A stretch of DNA of 46,112 nt from Leptolyngbya sp. SIO4C1 (GCA_010671975.1 JAAHIA010000007.1:1-46112); one strand, 5' to 3'; positions 7,226-15,927 are shown, counted from the first letter of the stretch. A program made the numbers and translations. Notes: a model not told the origin generated them from the letters alone.

Positions 7226-8621
7226 GAGCTATAACCAAAAGTGGTGTACGAGGGAGGCACAAAAAAAGGCGTATCCTTCTGGAAGAGAAAAAGACCAGAC
7301 AAAGGAATACACCATGACTCAAGATAATGTGATCGCATTCAAAACACCAGCATCCGACGAGACGTTCAGTGATGCCCTGAGCGACTTGGTGCGACAAGGC
7401 GCCCGGCAAATCATTGCTCAGGCGGTAGAAGCAGAGCTCAATGAGTTTCTAGCCCACTATCAAGGACTCAGCGACGAGCAGGGCCGCCGAGGGGTAGTGC
7501 GCAATGGCTATCTGCCCGAGCGGACAATAACGACTGGGGTTGGTGAGGTAACGGTACAAGTGCCCAAGGTGCGAGACCGCACCGGTAGCGGCATCAAGTT
7601 CAACTCAAAGCTTTTGCCGCCGTATCTCAAGCGAGCCAAAAGTGTGGAGGAAGTGCTGCCGTGGCTGTATCTCAAAGGCATCTCAGCGGGTGATTTTAGC
7701 GAAGCGCTCGCTTCACTGCTTGGACCTCAGGCCAAAGGGCTCTCGGCCTCAACGATAGGACGACTGAAGGCGAAGTGGCAGCAAGAGCATCAGCAGTGGC
7801 AAAAACGCTCGCTTTTGGACAAGCGCTATGTCTATGTCTGGGCAGACGGCATCTACTTCAACATCCGCGATGATGAACGGCAGTGCATACTGGTGCTCAT
7901 TGGGGTCACCGATAGCGGTCACAAAGAACTGCTGGGCATCGAAGCAGGCTACCGAGAGTCAGCGTTGAGCTGGCAGTCGTTGCTGTTGCGACTCAAAGAC
8001 CAAGGACTGGCGCATGATCCACAGTTAGCCATCGGAGACGGTGCTTTGGGCTTTTGGAAAGCCCTGTCGCAGGTGTTTCCCACAACCAAAGTGCAGCGCT
8101 GCTGGGTGCATAAGACGGCGAATGTGCTCAACAAACTGCCCAAGCGTCAGCAACCCAAAGCCAAGTCAGCCTTGTGGGAAATCTATCGAGCTGAGACCAA
8201 GAGCGAAGCTAATCAAGCCTTCAACCGCTTTGTTCAGACTTATCAAGCCAAGTATCCAGAAGCGGCTGATTGTTTGGCTAAGGACCGAGATGCCCTGCTG
8301 GCGTTTTACGACTTTCCGGCGCAGCATTGGAAGCATATTCGCTCGACCAATCCAATTGAATCGACCTTTGCCACAGTTCGATTGCGCACTGATAAGACCC
8401 GAGGCTGCGTCTCCCAAGCGACGATCCTATCGCTAGTGTTCAAGCTAGTTGAGAGTGCTCAGCAGCGCTGGTTGCGGATTCGGGGCTTTCAGCATCTAGC
8501 CGAGGTGATTGAAGGTGTCTCATTCAAAGATGGTATTCGAGCTGAGGAGACTGATACTGATTTAGACCCGTTGCAGAAGGTCGCCTGATGATGCTAGATA
8601 CACCACATTTGACAATAACTC
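7226..8621 (+). mobile_element. IS256-family insertion sequence.
   Basis: Imperfect terminal inverted repeats: GAGCTATAACCAAAAGTGGTGTA at 7226.. against the reverse complement of the right end, GAGTTATTGTCAAATGTGGTGTA. A 9-bp direct duplication CACCCACTT lies at 7217..7225 and 8622..8630. Confidence 0.8.
7314..8588 (+). CDS. IS256-family (mutator-type) transposase.
   Basis: The N-terminus MTQDNVIAFKTP...ARQIIAQAVEAELNEFL is typical of IS256 transposases. Other landmarks are WADGIYFNIR, IGDGALGFWKAL, QRCWVHKTANVLNKLPK and STNPIESTFATVRLR. The ORF-track start at 7158 is an upstream extension across the IS end. Confidence 0.85.
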   Translation: MTQDNVIAFKTPASDETFSDALSDLVRQGARQIIAQAVEAELNEFLAHYQGLSDEQGRRGVVRNGYLPERTITTGVGEVTVQVPKVRDRTGSGIKFNSKLLPPYLKRAKSVEEVLPWLYLKGISAGDFSEALASLLGPQAKGLSASTIGRLKAKWQQEHQQWQKRSLLDKRYVYVWADGIYFNIRDDERQCILVLIGVTDSGHKELLGIEAGYRESALSWQSLLLRLKDQGLAHDPQLAIGDGALGFWKALSQVFPTTKVQRCWVHKTANVLNKLPKRQQPKAKSALWEIYRAETKSEANQAFNRFVQTYQAKYPEAADCLAKDRDALLAFYDFPAQHWKHIRSTNPIESTFATVRLRTDKTRGCVSQATILSLVFKLVESAQQRWLRIRGFQHLAEVIEGVSFKDGIRAEETDTDLDPLQKVA

Positions 8622-8880
8622 CACCCACTTCGCCGCTGAGCTTGACACTAAATTTCACTTCCACCTCGTCAGCGGGCTGAGTCATGGCATCCACGCGATC
8701 ACGAATGCTCTCGACCATCGGTTTCAAGTTATCAAGGGCCTGGTCAAACGTTTGCTTCGCTTGAGCCGCAATTTCCCCTGGGCGCTTGGAAACAGGCTTC
8801 ACTGCATCCGACTGCACATCCTCAACCTCGATCAGCACCGACTGACCGTTGCCCACATCAAATTCAACAAGTCTTGTCAT
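8622..8880 (-). pseudogene. 5' part of the small trypsin-co-occurring gene interrupted by IS256.
   Basis: MTRLVEFDVGNGQSVLIEVEDV...EVEVKFSVKLSGEVG, then the IS end. The pattern matches small proteins found upstream of trypsin/MoxR/vWA operons (recall-level). Confidence 0.55.
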
Positions 8881-9010
8881 CACACCTTTCCCAGTCAACA
8901 CCCGAGATAAAAACCATATCAGCCCCGGTCATCACTACAAGCTTATTCGCTCCATTTCGGCATACATCCAAAGAAACATTAAGTACAAATGAACTATAAC
9001 AGTTACCAAA

Positions 9011-9036
9011 GGGCAAGAGGGCAAAAGGGCAAAGGG
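9011..9036 (+). other. Conserved four-G-tract motif directly 3' of the target-2 stop codon.
   Basis: GGGCAAGAGGGCAAAAGGGCAAAGGG, identical to 1157..1182. Confidence 0.7.
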
Positions 9037-9825
9037 CTAGTCTCTCGCGAGCCCGCACACCACCCGAAAACCGGAGTCGCTGACCCCGAGGCCGGGCGCG
9101 CCCCTGAGGCGGTCCGCCGACCGGCAGAACTCAGGATTGAGGTTCCAGGAACCGCCCCGCAGTACACGACTATTTTCGCTCTCATCAGAGGATATCCAGG
9201 CGGTGCCATCTTCCGGGGCTCCTGCGTAGGTCTTATGCCAGTGGTCTTCGCACCATTCCCATACGTTGCTGTGCATGTCATGAAGGCCCCAACGGTTGGC
9301 CGGATAATGTCCTACTTCCGACGTCTGGTTCATCGTGCCACGATAATTGGCCAGCTCTGCCGTCAGCCTGTCGCCAAAATGATAGGCCGTTTGCGTTCCC
9401 GCACGACAGGCATATTCCCACTGGGCCTCACTGGGTAAGCTATACGCTTTGCCAGTTTTGGCAGCGAGCCGCCGACAGAACTCTGTAGCGTCTTCCCAAC
9501 TCACCTGCTCTACCGGCAAGACATCTCCCTTAAAGCGAGAAGGGGCCGGATCAAGATCTTTGCCGATACGGTCATAGCCTGCAACGATACGCCACTGGAC
9601 CTGAGTCACTGGATAGCGCCCCATCAGAAACGATGGCACCGTGACTCGATGCTGAGGTTGCTCACTACTATGGCTATTAGGCTCATCTTTCAAAGTCCCC
9701 ATCCTAAATTCCCCGGCGGGGATGAGCATCAGCGTCAGAGAAACATCCTCACTCAGAGCTTCGGTGTAAGCCTTGTTCAGACACCGATAGCGATGCAGAG
9801 TCAGAGCCTTGGAAACCGTCGCCAT
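9037..9825 (-). CDS. Stand-alone FGE / C-type-lectin-fold protein. DGR target 2.
   Basis: 262 aa. Motifs include QPQHRVTVPSFLMGRYPVTQVQW, SLPSEAQWEYACRAG, GLHDMHSNVWEWCED and RVLRGGSW...[11 protein letters not shown]. It lies directly upstream of the protease operon on the same strand. Confidence 0.85.
   Translation of the reverse strand: MATVSKALTLHRYRCLNKAYTEALSEDVSLTLMLIPAGEFRMGTLKDEPNSHSSEQPQHRVTVPSFLMGRYPVTQVQWRIVAGYDRIGKDLDPAPSRFKGDVLPVEQVSWEDATEFCRRLAAKTGKAYSLPSEAQWEYACRAGTQTAYHFGDRLTAELANYRGTMNQTSEVGHYPANRWGLHDMHSNVWEWCEDHWHKTYAGAPEDGTAWISSDESENSRVLRGGSWNLNPEFCRSADRLRGAPGLGVSDSGFRVVCGLARD
9044..9163 (-). repeat. DGR variable repeat 2 (VR2).
   Basis: 120-bp alignment to the TR. I count 18 differences by hand, all at TR adenine positions. 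Confidence 0.9.
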
Positions 9826-10018
9826 ACGTATTCCTCTTACTGCATTAGCATTAGGTTTGTCATCAACCTCCAGCTCTGCTGGAGGCTTGAAAGAAGCCGC
9901 TCAAAGCGGCAACACAGGTGAGAGGCAAACATATCGATCTCTTTGAGCTTAAGGGATTTATATCCTGTGAGCCTTTTATATTCTGTAATTCCGCACCTTG
10001 TGGGACTGTCAAACTTCA

Positions 10019-10795
10019 CTAGTCTCCCAGCAGAGCTGGGGGTTTATGCCGATTAATAAATTCCAGCACTTTGGACACTGGCTGCCGCTCCACCTCCACC
10101 ATCCGCTTCACCGTAGGCACAATGGCAACCGGCAAATACACCGTCCCCCGACTATCCGGCTCATCCCAGCGATAGTAGTAGCTCACCGTCGGATGCACCC
10201 GCTTACGATTGCCCACCCGCTCCTCAATCCAACCAGACGCAAAGCCCTTCGGCACATGCCGCCTGCACTTCCCACCTCCCCCAGAACAAGACGATTGAAC
10301 CCGCACCGGCGCAGCCTCCACCACCGGCTCAACCCCCTGTTCTGGGGGAGACAGCAACTTGCCTTCAGTGGGGGCCTCTCCACTAAACGGCACTGTAAAG
10401 GGTGCTATACGCCCCGATAACAGCGATAACTGCAGTCCTTCGTCACTTGGGTCATCTATACGCTGCTGGCCGTGATATTCGGCAATAAGCCGCTTCTGAG
10501 TCGGTCGAAAGCGCGAGTCATAGCGCAGGTGGCAAAGGCTGCACAGCGCTTTCAGGTTGACGCGATCGCAATTTTGCGGGTCTTGGTCAAGGTGCGCCAC
10601 CGTCAGAACGTAGTGCCCCCGCTTACGCAGTAGATCAATTGGGTTCCAACCCATGCGGTCGCAAAACTGCTCCCAGCTCTCACCGGCGCGGCGACAGCGC
10701 CGCCCACAGGCTTGACAAGTCCAGTTCGCCTCAGTGCGAAGGCGTAACGAGATATCGTCCCAATCATCGGGATAGCGCGATCGCTTAGAAGGCAT
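10019..10795 (-). CDS. HNH endonuclease domain protein.
   Basis: The N-terminal CQACGRRC...LTVAHLDQDPQNC...NLKALCSLCHLRYD matches the HNH/zinc-finger pattern. Confidence 0.7.
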   Translation of the reverse strand: MPSKRSRYPDDWDDISLRLRTEANWTCQACGRRCRRAGESWEQFCDRMGWNPIDLLRKRGHYVLTVAHLDQDPQNCDRVNLKALCSLCHLRYDSRFRPTQKRLIAEYHGQQRIDDPSDEGLQLSLLSGRIAPFTVPFSGEAPTEGKLLSPPEQGVEPVVEAAPVRVQSSCSGGGGKCRRHVPKGFASGWIEERVGNRKRVHPTVSYYYRWDEPDSRGTVYLPVAIVPTVKRMVEVERQPVSKVLEFINRHKPPALLGD

Positions 10796-11825
10796 GATTC
10801 AAGCTCCCTATCCACGCACTTAGCTCATCCCAAGACCGCTGCCGCAGCTGCTCGAACGGAATCCACCGCTCATTTTTTAGACAGACTGTCAGCACGCCTT
10901 CTCGCATCTCGGAAGCAACCACTAAGCTACGCCTGCGGGCTTCATTAAACCAGGCCCCAAAGCCCGTTGGTGCAGTATGACCTTTCTCGGGCTGCCAGCT
11001 ATCTTCAATCGCTCGCTGTAGAAAGCGGGTCGGATGCTTCACAGTCGCTCGCTTTTCCTCTAGACAGGCGATCGCTGTGGGTAACCGCTCCGGCCAGAGA
11101 GCAATCACTCGCTGCAAGTTGCGATCGCGCAGGTTCACACCTATTTTCTCTGCTCGCTGTAAAATCGGCGGTGTATATTTCCCTTCGCGATTTTCCTGAG
11201 CTTCTAAGCTCTGATTTGAAACACTAGGCCGATCGTTTGAAAAATCTTCACTGTTAAGTAGCTCTGGGTCTTGAGCTTGTTTAAAACTACATACGTCTTT
11301 ACACACACTTTGTGGTGGTGAGTTGAAAAAAGGTTGTAGAAGATCTGTAGCGTCACAGAACGTTTGCTCAGCTTCGGTTTCAGGCTCGACCTGTCCCAAA
11401 TCTGAGACTGACTGTCCCGCCAGTGAGACACCTTGTCCCAGATTTGGGACAGGTATTCCCGCCAGTGAGACACCTGTCTCGCCAGCGGGACATACATTTG
11501 TACTATCCAAATCGGCCTCACTAGAACCATCTGGAATGCACAGCTCGACAGCACCAATGATATTTTCTTGGAGCTTGCCTTCAGCAATCAGGGCAGCTTT
11601 AGCCCGGTAGAAGGTGCTACGCGGAATTTCCCACTGGCGGCAAAATTCTGTAACGTTATCGATGCGCCACCACCAGCCCACGCGACGCTGGGCCAGTATT
11701 AGGTGATAGAGGTAGCCTTTCGGCGTATAGTCACCCTGCTTCCACAGCTCAAAAACTTCCAAAGGGGTAAGACGAAGATGGGGTTCTTTAACCCGGTCTT
11801 GAGATGCATGTGTCATAATTAACAA
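10785..11825 (-). CDS. Winged-helix/HTH protein, a possible plasmid or phage replication or regulatory protein.
   Basis: 346 aa. The N-terminus has an HTH-like segment (NVTEFCRQWEIPRSTFYRAKAALIAEGKL). An internal 42-bp (14-aa) tandem repeat encodes GVSLAG...LGQ at about 11415..11475. The function is not recognised. Confidence 0.35.
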   Translation of the reverse strand: MLIMTHASQDRVKEPHLRLTPLEVFELWKQGDYTPKGYLYHLILAQRRVGWWWRIDNVTEFCRQWEIPRSTFYRAKAALIAEGKLQENIIGAVELCIPDGSSEADLDSTNVCPAGETGVSLAGIPVPNLGQGVSLAGQSVSDLGQVEPETEAEQTFCDATDLLQPFFNSPPQSVCKDVCSFKQAQDPELLNSEDFSNDRPSVSNQSLEAQENREGKYTPPILQRAEKIGVNLRDRNLQRVIALWPERLPTAIACLEEKRATVKHPTRFLQRAIEDSWQPEKGHTAPTGFGAWFNEARRRSLVVASEMREGVLTVCLKNERWIPFEQLRQRSWDELSAWIGSLNHAF

Positions 11826-11844
11826 ACAAATGATTTATTTTCAA

Positions 11845-11877
11845 AAATTCCCCGAAGTTCCTACGCTTCGGGTTTTT
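11845..11877. terminator. Bidirectional intrinsic-terminator-like hairpin.
   Basis: Stem CCCGAAG (11851..11857) pairs with CTTCGGG (11866..11872). It is followed by TTTTT on the + strand and preceded by AAAAA. Confidence 0.55.
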
Positions 11878-11884
11878 CATGCGC

Positions 11885-11910
11885 ATACAGTTCTATGCAT
11901 AGAACTGTAT
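11885..11910. repeat. Perfect 26-bp palindrome ATACAGTTCTATGCATAGAACTGTAT.
   Basis: Self-complementary by inspection. It lies between the stop codon at 11913 and the terminator hairpin, so it may be an operator or part of the terminator. Confidence 0.6.
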
Positions 11911-11912
11911 TT

Positions 11913-12224
11913 CTACTGAGGCTCAGCGCCTCCGCGATGGCGATTTAGGAAAGCTTTTGCTTCTGCATCCGGGATGAAATAGAGGCGGGATACCTGATAA
12001 GCCTTCAGCTCAGGCGGGCGTCCATATCGGCCCGTGATGAAGTGCAGCACCCACTTGGGGGTTTTTCCTAGCTCACGCGCGAGTTCTTGAGGCGTCCAAT
12101 AGCCCGGTAGCTGCCTCTCATGAGGCAACCTTTTCGTCAGTGTTATGCCATCGGATAACGATATCGCCCCCCATTGCTTTGACAACTTCAGCGACATTGC
12201 TGTAGCGTCGGCCTTCAGGTTCAC
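11913..12224 (-). CDS. Small HTH protein (excisionase/AlpA-like). The start is uncertain.
   Basis: The C-terminal part (YWTPQELARELGKTPKWVLHFITGRYGRPPELKAYQVSRLYFIPDAEAKAFL) looks like a Xis/MerR-type HTH. The 5' end overlaps the ORF at 12118..12360, so the true start is probably further downstream. Confidence 0.4.
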   Translation of the reverse strand: MNLKADATAMSLKLSKQWGAISLSDGITLTKRLPHERQLPGYWTPQELARELGKTPKWVLHFITGRYGRPPELKAYQVSRLYFIPDAEAKAFLNRHRGGAEPQ

Positions 12225-12360
12225 TCAAGGTTTTAGCCACAATTGAGGAAACGTCTGTCACCTTTTTGGCTCCTCGGTTTTCAGCGATCCGCTTACTGAC
12301 CTCATATTTGGTAATCCCAAGCATGTCGAGGCGCTCTTGCAAAATATCTTTCATAGTCAT
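12118..12360 (-). CDS. Small XRE-like HTH regulator.
   Basis: 80 aa. MTMKDILQERLDMLGITKYEVSKRIAENRG resembles a Cro/CI-type HTH. Confidence 0.45.
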   Translation of the reverse strand: MTMKDILQERLDMLGITKYEVSKRIAENRGAKKVTDVSSIVAKTLSEPEGRRYSNVAEVVKAMGGDIVIRWHNTDEKVAS

Positions 12361-12562
12361 GCATCGCAGATTGAAGCCTATATACGCTATAAGCGTACAG
12401 CATGTAAGAGCGCACGATCCTTGTTTAAAGCATTGTTTCGATCTATTACTAAATGGCTAACTGAAGTGCGATCACAGCACATTTAGCAATACGGTTTAAA
12501 GTTGACTTCAGCTTTAAGTTCATGGTGCGGGGTTGGTTCCCCGCATACGGTACAGTCATCGC

Positions 12563-12958
12563 TCAGGCTACTAGGCCGAGTCCTGAATCTTCTGCGATCG
12601 CAATCCTAGCAATGCGCTCACGCGCTACCAGCTTGGCAACCGAGAAAGCAGACCGCAGTAGCTCTAAAGTAATGTCCTGCTTCAGGCGCTTCTCTCGCTG
12701 ATTATTAGCCAACGCTAACGCTGCTTGATAATCGTAATTCTGGCTGCGTAGCTGGTCACGCTTTGCCTTGCGCTGCTCACTGTTACGCAAATCGCGATCG
12801 TCGGCTACTGCGATATCGATTCGTAGCTCAATGGCTGCCTGCTGCTCAGCCAGCTCAGCTAGGCGCGCATCTATGCGGGCAATGACCGCTCGACAGCGAG
12901 CAATCTCTAGCGGGTAGTCCTCAAGCTTAAGATCTGGATTCTTGGGCGTATATATCAT
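12563..12958 (-). CDS. Hypothetical coiled-coil protein.
   Basis: A 131-aa ORF with heptad-like charged composition. No family recognised. Confidence 0.4.
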   Translation of the reverse strand: MIYTPKNPDLKLEDYPLEIARCRAVIARIDARLAELAEQQAAIELRIDIAVADDRDLRNSEQRKAKRDQLRSQNYDYQAALALANNQREKRLKQDITLELLRSAFSVAKLVARERIARIAIAEDSGLGLVA

Positions 12959-13023
12959 ATTTATGCTTTAACGCAAAGACATTTCGGGGACTATGTGCCC
13001 CCCTGATAATGAAATTGATTGGC

Positions 13024-13362
13024 CTACGGCAGATACTCAAAAACTCGTTTGATCAGCTGCGCAGTTTTCTCTTTCGCTGCGAGATACTCTTGCTCAATTT
13101 CTGCATCGACCTCAGACGAACGATGAAAATGATCTCGCTTGAGCAAAAAACGATCTATGGCGCTTGAAAGGTCAGCTAAATCAGCGGCGTAGTCATCTTC
13201 AATTTCTTCTTCAGTGGGCACCCAGTCACCCAAACACTGATCTAAAAACTTCTCTTGCTCCGGGGTATAGTGTGTTCCTGTTATGCTATTCATTGTGCAA
13301 TTTCCCAAAAGTTGTACGTGGCTCCCTGTTGACGCAGGGGGCTTTTTAATTGCCTCAGCCAC
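13024..13362 (-). CDS. Hypothetical acidic protein.
   Basis: A 112-aa ORF. No family recognised. Confidence 0.35.
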   Translation of the reverse strand: MAEAIKKPPASTGSHVQLLGNCTMNSITGTHYTPEQEKFLDQCLGDWVPTEEEIEDDYAADLADLSSAIDRFLLKRDHFHRSSEVDAEIEQEYLAAKEKTAQLIKRVFEYLP

Positions 13363-13408
13363 ACTTAAATTATATCATAAATGAGCTATAAATATAGCTT
13401 AAACACGC

Positions 13409-13414
13409 TATAAT
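13409..13414 (+). promoter_or_regulatory. Candidate -10 box (TATAAT) in a divergent intergenic region.
   Basis: A consensus hexamer in the AT-rich stretch 13363..13420, next to the palindrome AGCTATA-AA-TATAGCT. No clear -35 element. Confidence 0.25.
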
Positions 13415-13730
13415 ATAGAAAGCGCAGAGGGGAAACGGCAAGCGTTAGCGGCGAAGGTCTGTTACACAAATCGCAGACGCCAGACGGCACGTAGCCTAAG
13501 CAGGCAGCGACAGAACCCGGACAGAGAGCGGAAAACACTCTCACGAATGGCCCAGTAAGCCCAACCTAAAATGATTGGAAACCGACCGGAGTAAAGGTGA
13601 GAGCCAGCGCGCGAGGCAGCAACTGAGCAACGGCAGCAGACGAAAAAGCAAGAAAACTCACCTCAGCTAAAGGCCACAGCTGAGGGCGCTATCGGGCAGA
13701 GCAACGGACTTTATAAGGCACTCTGCCCCT

Positions 13731-14036
13731 TTGCCCACTCAAGATAAAACAATGAAGCAGCTAGAACTTAACCCCAAGCCCGACATATTAAACGCCTGTG
13801 CCTGGGCACGGCTACCCCATCGCGGCGCTGGTATCGTGCTAGCAGTACCAAAACCGCTACCGCTAGGGCTAGCTCCGTGGCTGCGATCGCAAGGCTGGCA
13901 ACTAGCAGGTTACGCAGAAGATCGAGGACAAGCAGCGGTCTGGCTCATCGGTGGTGTAGAAGCTGACCTACTCGGCTGGCTACCTCGGCCACGCAGCGAA
14001 GGCAGTCGCACAGCGGGGAATCTGCTGCCCTGGTAG
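13731..14036 (+). CDS. Hypothetical protein. Coding status uncertain.
   Basis: A 101-aa ORF (alternative ATG at 13752). Its 3' end runs into the roughly 560-bp repeat R1. No family recognised. Confidence 0.25.
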   Translation: MPTQDKTMKQLELNPKPDILNACAWARLPHRGAGIVLAVPKPLPLGLAPWLRSQGWQLAGYAEDRGQAAVWLIGGVEADLLGWLPRPRSEGSRTAGNLLPW

Positions 14037-14580
14037 GCTTGCCCTAGTCGGACAGCGGACGGGCGAAACCGCCCGAGCACCGCACGCCGCACGGCCACAT
14101 CGAACCACGGTAGGCAGGGTCACGCTGTCAAGGCCGTAGCGCAGCGGAGAGCGAAGCGTGCCTTGATCAGTGGGGCCGCCGTGGTAGCCTTTCTTGGCAG
14201 TGGCACGAAGGGCGCAGGGCGGCCAGCAAAAAAACGGGCAACCCCTTGATCGTGCGGGAAGGGTGGCTTAGTGGCTCATTAAAAAAGCGCCCAACCATAC
14301 AATGCGGAGCGCAGCGGAGCCAACATAAAAAGGGCAACCCTAGCTGATCAAGCCACTAAGCCACCCTGGACGCACAAACAATAAGCGCCCAACCACTCAA
14401 TCTTTCGCCCTTTGTCTTTCAGCATCGGGTAGTTCGCGCTTCGGGATCGAGAGCGTTTATGTGGGGTGCGATCGTGAAGCGGATATGATGCCAAACAAAC
14501 TAAACGGACACTCACATGTTGGCTGTAAGTGTGCTGTCTTGATTGTGTGGAGTGACGCGCCATTAGCATGACTGGAGCGA
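14019..14580 (+). repeat. Copy 1 (R1) of a roughly 560-bp non-coding direct repeat.
   Basis: Aligns with 22287..22845. I estimate identity above 90 percent over the first 450 bp or so, decaying after that. It has internal periodic motifs and a 16-nt inverted repeat (14262..14277 and 14351..14366, approximate). Confidence 0.8.
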
Positions 14581-15021
14581 ATGTTGGCAGCGGTACGGAC
14601 CTCAAATATAACGGAAGCTGGTCTGGCGGAACAACAGATATCTCGCCTTGGCTAAAGGCTTGCCTTAAGTATGCCAGAGAGGGCTAGCGGGAAATAATAA
14701 CGTTCCTGATCTCCGCTAGCCCTTTGTAAGCTTAAAACAGTCCAACCATGCTACAAGCATATAGCGCCTATTAGGGACAGTGGTGCACAACCACTACCCT
14801 TCCACCACTAGGCTCCATCCTTTTTACAGCGCATAACTTATTAAGGAAAGCTACACTGCACTCGTCCACCTACTTAATCAATGTAGCCAACGGGCTCATC
14901 AATCAAGCAAAAGAACACAGACATGCCTAGTTAAGTATTTTATGTGGATCCATTTAGGAAGAAGAACTCATGCCATACACTGAGCTGTTATCTTCAACAA
15001 GATAAGATAGGTTTTATTACG

Positions 15022-15801
15022 TCACCGGCCTTCATGCTGTAGAAACCCTGATGAACTAAGTGGGGAATCGCAGTATATCTCTATCAGCTGCCTAATGCCC
15101 GGCGGAGATGTCATCAGCCCTAGACTGGCGATTATAAGAACTCCAAAAAATTTGCTTCTACTGCGTCCATGAAATCTGAGCCAAGGACACTCCCTTTCTG
15201 TCGAAAATAGTGCAGAGATGGTAAGAATAAGTCCGGCAGGTAATAATGATAGTAATCTAGCGACTGTAACAGACACTCTCTGGATGACTTTAACTCGGTT
15301 CTCTTGCATTTCCTCATGAAGTTCTAAAAAGTCTCCAATAGCTTCATCTCTGATACTCTCAGGAACCAATGGCGAAATTACATTGCTGAAAATTGTCAAT
15401 AGTTTATCTTCCATAGGTTCCCTTTGCCCCTTATCAAGCTTGTTTTTGCAAGTATTACATACCTGTTGTGAAATTGATTCTTCTAAAGCCCTAGGTATCT
15501 GTCGATCTAAACACTCGATGGGTCTAGCTCCATTGAGTGATGGTTGCTGCTCAATAGTAACCTGAATGCCTTCATGCTCATCTAATGGCAATAAGAAACA
15601 GCTTTTTGGGTAAATATCGTGGTTCATAATCATGTGAGGAACATCTAAACAGTCAGATTTACGTACTTGGGAAGGTGAGCCATATTTCCTCTCGCCAACA
15701 TGTTCTGCTGTGTCATGGCCAGACGAAATTGATGGACAGTTTACTGCGCTTGAAAGATTGGGCTGACAAGGGCCAGCTGTCAAAAGAAATTTTTTGTCCA
15801 T
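15022..15801 (-). CDS. Hypothetical membrane-associated protein downstream of PadR.
   Basis: 259 aa with C-terminal hydrophobic segments (LLSLLPAGLILTISALF, FFGVLIIASLGLM). It lies in a low-GC island. Confidence 0.4.
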   Translation of the reverse strand: MDKKFLLTAGPCQPNLSSAVNCPSISSGHDTAEHVGERKYGSPSQVRKSDCLDVPHMIMNHDIYPKSCFLLPLDEHEGIQVTIEQQPSLNGARPIECLDRQIPRALEESISQQVCNTCKNKLDKGQREPMEDKLLTIFSNVISPLVPESIRDEAIGDFLELHEEMQENRVKVIQRVSVTVARLLSLLPAGLILTISALFSTERECPWLRFHGRSRSKFFGVLIIASLGLMTSPPGIRQLIEIYCDSPLSSSGFLQHEGR

Positions 15802-15927
15802 AAAATCCTCTGAGATGTAAGCGAACGGTCAATAAATGAAGCTAGTATTGATAGAGTTGTTTCTATCACTTGCTTGTAGTGATGATGCCTGCCTCTCAAT
15901 ACTACGAGAAGCAGGCAGCGACAAGCA

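Noticed and set aside
7158-7313. N-terminal extension of the IS256 transposase ORF.
   Set aside because: It crosses the IS terminal repeat and the duplicated target. Canonical IS256-family proteins start near MTQDNVIAF (7314).
11391-11492. Repeated TCCCGCCAGTGAGACACCT and GGGACA/TGTCCC motifs, considered as replication iterons.
   Set aside because: They lie in frame inside the ORF at 10785..11825 and encode a 14-aa tandem peptide repeat (GVSLAG...LGQ). A DNA-level role cannot be excluded but nothing else supports it.
13910-14605. ORFs inside repeat R1 (13910..14098, 14348..14605) and inside R2 (22224..22589, 22252..22434).
   Set aside because: They are on both strands and in different frames between the two copies. 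Their composition is Arg/Gly/Ala/Pro-rich and low-complexity. The nucleotide-level features (periodic motifs and inverted repeats) explain the conservation better.
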